Source of the DNA: Basidiobolus meristosporus CBS 931.73
Taxonomy: Eukaryota > Fungi > Basidiobolomycota
Direction: 5' to 3'
Assembly: GCA_002104905.1 (NCBI GenBank)
Contig: MCFE01000009.1
Coordinates: 186,001-250,000, forward strand
Length of the DNA: 64,000 bases
Positions 58,839-64,000 of this stretch are shown piece after piece; the stretch's first letter is position 1, and every line of letters begins with the position of its first letter. Under the pieces are notes generated by a model. That model was not told the DNA's origin. It was given only the letters and a program-made list of their open reading frames with translations, and did no database searches. Position numbers and translations under genes: made by a program.

Positions 58839-59456
58839 TAATTGCCTTTATTATGGATTCGGTAGGATTATCCAACCTGGACCCGCCGTTTTTCTGCTAA
58901 ATTCTCGTTGATATCAGCCGAATGCAGCAGTGTCCGGATCTTTACATTCATATTGGCAAGCTGTAATAATTATAACCCCGGGTTATCTATGCACTTGCAG
59001 TACGAGTTTTGATATCCATGCCATAAGATAGATTGCGCTACCACTAATGATTCTAATTCAAACCAATACGCAGTCTTCACTGATAAACCTATTATTCTGG
59101 AGTAAGTCTCTCTACAATGCAGAAGGTATATCACCTTTGCAACCACGACCCAGTACTGGCATATCGTGAACGCCAGCCGTACTTGTGCTACCTGGGTAAA
59201 AATGAACGCATGAAGGTGGCTGAAACGCTAAGACACTGGTGGCGCAATGTTCAGAAGCGTTAGGTTGACTGAAGCGTGTAGTTGTTATCTATGTTACATA
59301 TTGGGTAATGGTTTGCCACTTGACATTATGGGGGATGGAGTCCTTACCTGGCGAAAGTGAATATCTGATCTTGGTATTAGTGTACTGCTCCAAGTCTCGG
59401 TACCCATTTCAATTTTCACATCAGTGGGCCTCCTTTGGCACTTATCAACAATGCAG

Positions 59457-59551
59457 GGATTGATGTGTGGTATTTCAATAGGTATTTCGGTGAGAATCTG
59501 GATTGATGTGTGGTATTTCAATAGGTATTTCGGTGAGAATCTGGATTGATG
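59457..59551. repeat. Perfect 43-bp tandem duplication
   Basis: GGATTGATGTGTGGTATTTCAATAGGTATTTCGGTGAGAATCT at 59457 and 59500, plus a 9-bp partial copy. Confidence 0.92.
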
Positions 59552-61634
59552 GATTCCACTGTCAGCGGCATATGCTGAGTCAACCAATAGACCTCAATTG
59601 GTAATCCTTTTGGACTTGTGCTTTTTGGTATAATCTCACCTTGAAATATATACAAGTTGGCATTTCGACTAAGACACCAATACTATATTGATAAACATGT
59701 TGGAAAGATTTCAGACGCTGCATTCTAGATCAATCCAAAGCCATTGTGTGGAGAGCAAACATAATGGTAAAAAGTAGATCAACATGACCCCGTATGGGAT
59801 GACTGGATAGACCATATCAGGCATTGGTGTGAACTCATATGAATGCTTAGTAACACCTCGGATTGATCTTGGTTGTGAGTGATTCATGTTGTGAGCGCAC
59901 ATCTCAATCACTGGACGCCCAGCTGTACATCGTAAAATATATTAGGAGCAGGTTGTTGAGATTGTAAACGTGTTAGCTACCTCCTACACTCCAGAAACTT
60001 TCCGTCTCACTTTGGTGAACTCTGTCTGTAAGCGTACCCCTGTACTCTCTATGCCCAGAATCTGGTTCCGTCGGATATATCGTACAGAATGTTTGCTAAT
60101 GTTTCGGTGGAAAGACGTCAACAAATGATTCCTCGGTGGATTGGTTTTATTTAGCGAATGATATACAAGTAATGAGGGTTGAGATCCAGAGTTACATGTG
60201 TGATGTGCTATATTGCATACATTGTGTTTGATGCCATCAGTAACTCCTCGACCATTGGTAAAGACAACATTGGATGGTTAATCTTCGATCTTCCGCCCGA
60301 TATGGGTGGATTAGAGCTGACTCTAACAAATGAATTGACATTCAGCATCTATCACCATAGCGAAGTCTCGATGTTGCTTACTTGGTCCAACAGAAGAGTA
60401 GCGCAACTAGCGGCGGATTTACAAATCCCCATTTTCTCTCCATCAAAGCTATGGAACAAATGAAATCATGGGGATAAGTATTTTGTTACGGAGCATATTA
60501 CGCCAACTGATCATTCAGTCTCTTGTGCAAGTTTATGGTCTTGAATGCGTGATCGTCTAGAGGTCTTCCGGTAATTCGTTCTAGTTTCCAATGGATAGCC
60601 ATGACTAAATAATATCCACACAACTGCTTCTTATCGGCTCTCTTCTTACCTAATTTGGTGGTGATTAGCAAGTCGTTCGACCAAAATAGCAACTTTTACT
60701 ATAGTTATTCCCTGGAACAAGAGTATCCATGATTAGCTGAAAATATACCACGCAACCAATGCAGCAAGCTCATTGTTCCTCTTCGGAGAAGAGGAATCCC
60801 CCAAAAGCCTTATTCTCAGCCACATACCGAGAATCCTATCAGTGCCTCCTCGCCCATTCGACAGTTTTAGATATTGCACAAGACAACATTGTATGGTTGA
60901 TCTTCGACCCGGTAAGAGTCGAAAGTACCTTTTGGATGTTTCCTATTTTAGCTGAATTCATCGAATGTTCAAATATACTTGTCCGACAACATAGCGAAAT
61001 CTTAACTACCGGCAATTGGAAGGGTACTCATTCTGATTAATACACAGGGTGTAGCCCGCGCAGTTGCATGACCAACGTAATTTAAGCTCTAGCCTCCCGA
61101 TTTTCAACAAGTGTATATGTGGGCCCATTGAGGTACACAACTGCCTATAATATTTTAGAGGCACAGCTAACGCACCCAAGACACATCTTGCTCGCCCACA
61201 TGTGATTTTCAGAGATAAGTGTGTTCTATGGGTATCATGTGTGCCAAGTAGGTATATCTATCAATAGAGAATGGCAGAATCGCCCCATTGCTCTCAACTG
61301 CACTATTGGTTCTCTCGTACCTATGGATTCTAAAGAAAAGCGATCAAACCAAAAAGGGATGGACTCCCGATGAGGGGGGAGTGATCGACTTGAATAGGAT
61401 AGTATTGTAATATACTTCTCACCCGAAATCCTCGGTATACATAAAATGCGACTATTTCCATCTATGGCATATCGGGAGCCTAAAGGAACAACTGAATAGC
61501 CTAAAACGCTCTGGTGAATGGGGAGGGTGTACACTATAGTGTCAATCTCATTCCTCTTATCTTAACCAAAATGCTAGTTGTGAGTAGAGCACGATTCATG
61601 TATAAATAACACATCACGCAGCCAGTACTTGTTC

Positions 61635-63215
61635 ATGCCGAGCGACATGAATTCTGAGAAAGCCACCACCCATCGCGAACAGAAGGGCCTTCTGGGCAAG
61701 GTCTGGAAAAGATTATGCGCCCCCGGGAAACATTATGCCGTTCGTGCAGCAGCAGTAACCCAGTCAGTTACCATTGACAAGTCGGAGGCAGTGACCGTAA
61801 TCGGGGAGATTTTGCCAGCCAAAACACCTCTACCAGAGTCGGACTCTCGCAGTGATATCGTGTTTGAAGATCAGAAGCAAATCTCCATGGGATCTCGCTT
61901 TTTTGACTACATCACCAGCTTTGCCGGGTCCCGTTTCACATTCATCGTGACACTCTCGGTCTTCTTCGGGTGGGGAATAGCTGGTATTGTTCTCGGTGCG
62001 CCACAGAACTGGCAGATCGCCATGTCGGATGGTGGTTCCATTCAGTGCTATATCTCCGACTCACTGCTCATGCGCCAACAGCAAAACCAATGCACCCAGT
62101 TGTTGACCATCATAGCTCAGTTGCGCTCAAGAAACAAGACATTCAAAAGGCTGTTGAGTAACCCAGAGATAGTCAGAAAAATCCAAGAGTTGAAGAGCCA
62201 AAATCTTCAAATGCCCCAGGACCATATTGGTAATGGCGCCAAACTCCCCTTGGAAGGCTGGTTTGACAAACTCTGCAGCTGGGTCTCATGGCTCATCGGG
62301 TCGATCTATTCCCAAGTATTCTACTGGGTTGCTATTTTCGTCTGGATTGGCTGTGGTTATATCGACGATTGGAGTAACTTGTGGCAACTCTACATCAACA
62401 CTGCCTCCGCTGTCCAGCTTAGCTTTACCTCTATGTTCCTGCAACACACCAGACGAATCCACATGGAATATTTCGAAAAATGCCTGAAATCAGTGGTCGA
62501 GGCGGATTGTGAGGTGGAGAGTCTCCTGCGCCAAGTCACCACTGACTCCGAGTTAAACCCGATGATTGAAATCCAGCCCCTCAGAACCGGGTTTGGGGTC
62601 AGAGCCATTGACTACTACGCAGATCTTGTTGGTTCTGGCGTGGGAGCCTTCATCTCCACCTGCGTCTTTATCGTCTGGCTGGCCATCGGAAATGTGATGG
62701 ACTGGAACTCCAACTGGTGGCTTATTATTGGTACATACACCGGTTTGATCGGCTACATCGATGGATTTATGTTGCGAAACGTGTATTTCCGTCAAGACAC
62801 CATTATCAACCAACAATTCCAAGAGCTAATCGACGAAGACTATGAGATCTTCCAAAAGCTCAGCGTAGAGGTTCCAGAAGAGCGCCTGGTCGACGACAAG
62901 TCTCTGATCTACAAGATGAGCCACTTCATGGGCGTTGTTTGCTCACATCCCTGGTCGGTCTTGAGTTCGGTTCTTATCACAATTGGTTTGATCTGTGTTG
63001 CGAGTGGAATGCTCTGGAATGAAACCGGTCAGTTAATCTGCAACACGCCGACAATGATTATCGAAGGTTTCCTGTTCAACGTGCTGATCCAGGCCCACAA
63101 TGTGGCCGACACCAAGAGACGTGTCGTGATTCACAACGTTCTCCTGAGAAGACTCAAACTGCTTCAGTATGTAAGACCACTTAGTGATGACTGCGAGAAG
63201 AAGTTGGTCGAGTAG
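61635..63215 (+). CDS. FET4: Low-affinity iron/zinc permease, copy B (protein identical to copy A)
   Basis: Identical translation in the ORF track; five synonymous differences found by eye; TATAAATA at 61601. Confidence 0.93.
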   Translation: MPSDMNSEKATTHREQKGLLGKVWKRLCAPGKHYAVRAAAVTQSVTIDKSEAVTVIGEILPAKTPLPESDSRSDIVFEDQKQISMGSRFFDYITSFAGSRFTFIVTLSVFFGWGIAGIVLGAPQNWQIAMSDGGSIQCYISDSLLMRQQQNQCTQLLTIIAQLRSRNKTFKRLLSNPEIVRKIQELKSQNLQMPQDHIGNGAKLPLEGWFDKLCSWVSWLIGSIYSQVFYWVAIFVWIGCGYIDDWSNLWQLYINTASAVQLSFTSMFLQHTRRIHMEYFEKCLKSVVEADCEVESLLRQVTTDSELNPMIEIQPLRTGFGVRAIDYYADLVGSGVGAFISTCVFIVWLAIGNVMDWNSNWWLIIGTYTGLIGYIDGFMLRNVYFRQDTIINQQFQELIDEDYEIFQKLSVEVPEERLVDDKSLIYKMSHFMGVVCSHPWSVLSSVLITIGLICVASGMLWNETGQLICNTPTMIIEGFLFNVLIQAHNVADTKRRVVIHNVLLRRLKLLQYVRPLSDDCEKKLVE

Positions 63216-64000
63216 AGTGCCCAGCTGAGAAACTTCCATATGTGTATATAACTTAGAGTGAAAGTTATTCTTTATAGATCCATGTTTGTTAATAAATCCA
63301 AATTTCATCGAATAGAATCTCAGATACTCCATTGGCACGAGCTCATGTTGGACGCGGATCAGAAATTCATCCTCCAGCATCACTTGATATTAGGGTCAAA
63401 TAATTTTGAATTCGGCTGAATGGCCATGTATTGCCACAACGTGAAGATTTTACTGCTTGCTAAGTTCAGCTTGGCATTGGATGGAAAGCAACCTATCTTT
63501 TTTGTGGAAGAAACTTGGAGGTAAAACCACCAGGGGCTTGTCCAATTTGTATTTGATATATTAGTATGGGGCACAACAAGGCATGCGAATTTGGTGAAAA
63601 TAGAAGTTAGTAGCATACTTGCTTGGCAAGTATTTCAATTTTGCCTAGGGGTATGTGTTTGATCAATGGAACCTGATAAAATGGGCCCCAGATATTTTGA
63701 TGAAATATTCCACCAATAAGCTAGCAAACAATTGAAAAAATTACTCTCAGATTTGTGAACTATAATCCAAGTGACTTAGTCCAGTGAGTATTTTGGTGTA
63801 ATTAAAAATACATGACACTCCCACAAAATCAAATATTCCTATTAACTAGTCCTAATTGTGATCCAGATATTCAAATTTGTCTCTAGCTTATGGTTTGGTA
63901 AATATATATGCAATCATTCTATCTATGGGCCTGTAAGCTAAGTTAGCTAACCTACTCTCTATGGCTTCTTCTATGAAAGGATGACTAATATTTATATGCT

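Larger units (their letters stand above)
55265..63390 (+). repeat. Tandem segmental duplication, copy B
   Basis: Colinear with copy A. The offset shrinks from ~10.7 kb to 8819 nt, mainly because of the RdRP deletions. Confidence 0.9.

Overview
Eukaryotic DNA from a fungus: compact genes with short GT-AG introns (mostly 50-80 nt) and one AT-AC minor-spliceosome intron. An early-diverging lineage (Zoopagomycota/Mucoromycota-like) is my inference, not proven. The first ~15.5 kb is gene-dense: a CsbD-repeat protein, a secreted tyrosinase-fold protein lacking two Cu-binding His, a secreted Tyr/Gly/acidic repeat protein, a C3HC/Rsm1 zinc-finger gene, the P5A ATPase SPF1 and a Cdc3-like septin. The rest is a birth-and-death zone. 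15.7-35.5 kb is a tandem array of secreted type-B carboxylesterases (5 intact, 2 pseudogenes, 1 orphan promoter, a duplicated septin tail) with patchwork gene conversion. 35.6-44.5 kb is bracketed by ~300-bp inverted repeats and holds an MFS transporter and an SSH4-like SPRY pseudogene. 44.6-63.4 kb is an old tandem segmental duplication: copy A has a divergent RNAi-type RdRP plus FET4; copy B has a catalytically deleted RdRP plus a FET4 that is ~99.7% identical over almost exactly the predicted mRNA span. Best leads: the U12 AT-AC intron, the transcript-bounded FET4 homogenisation, the pseudo-tyrosinase/Tyr-rich protein pair and the motif-eroded RdRP. All alignments and gene models were made by eye; no searches were run.
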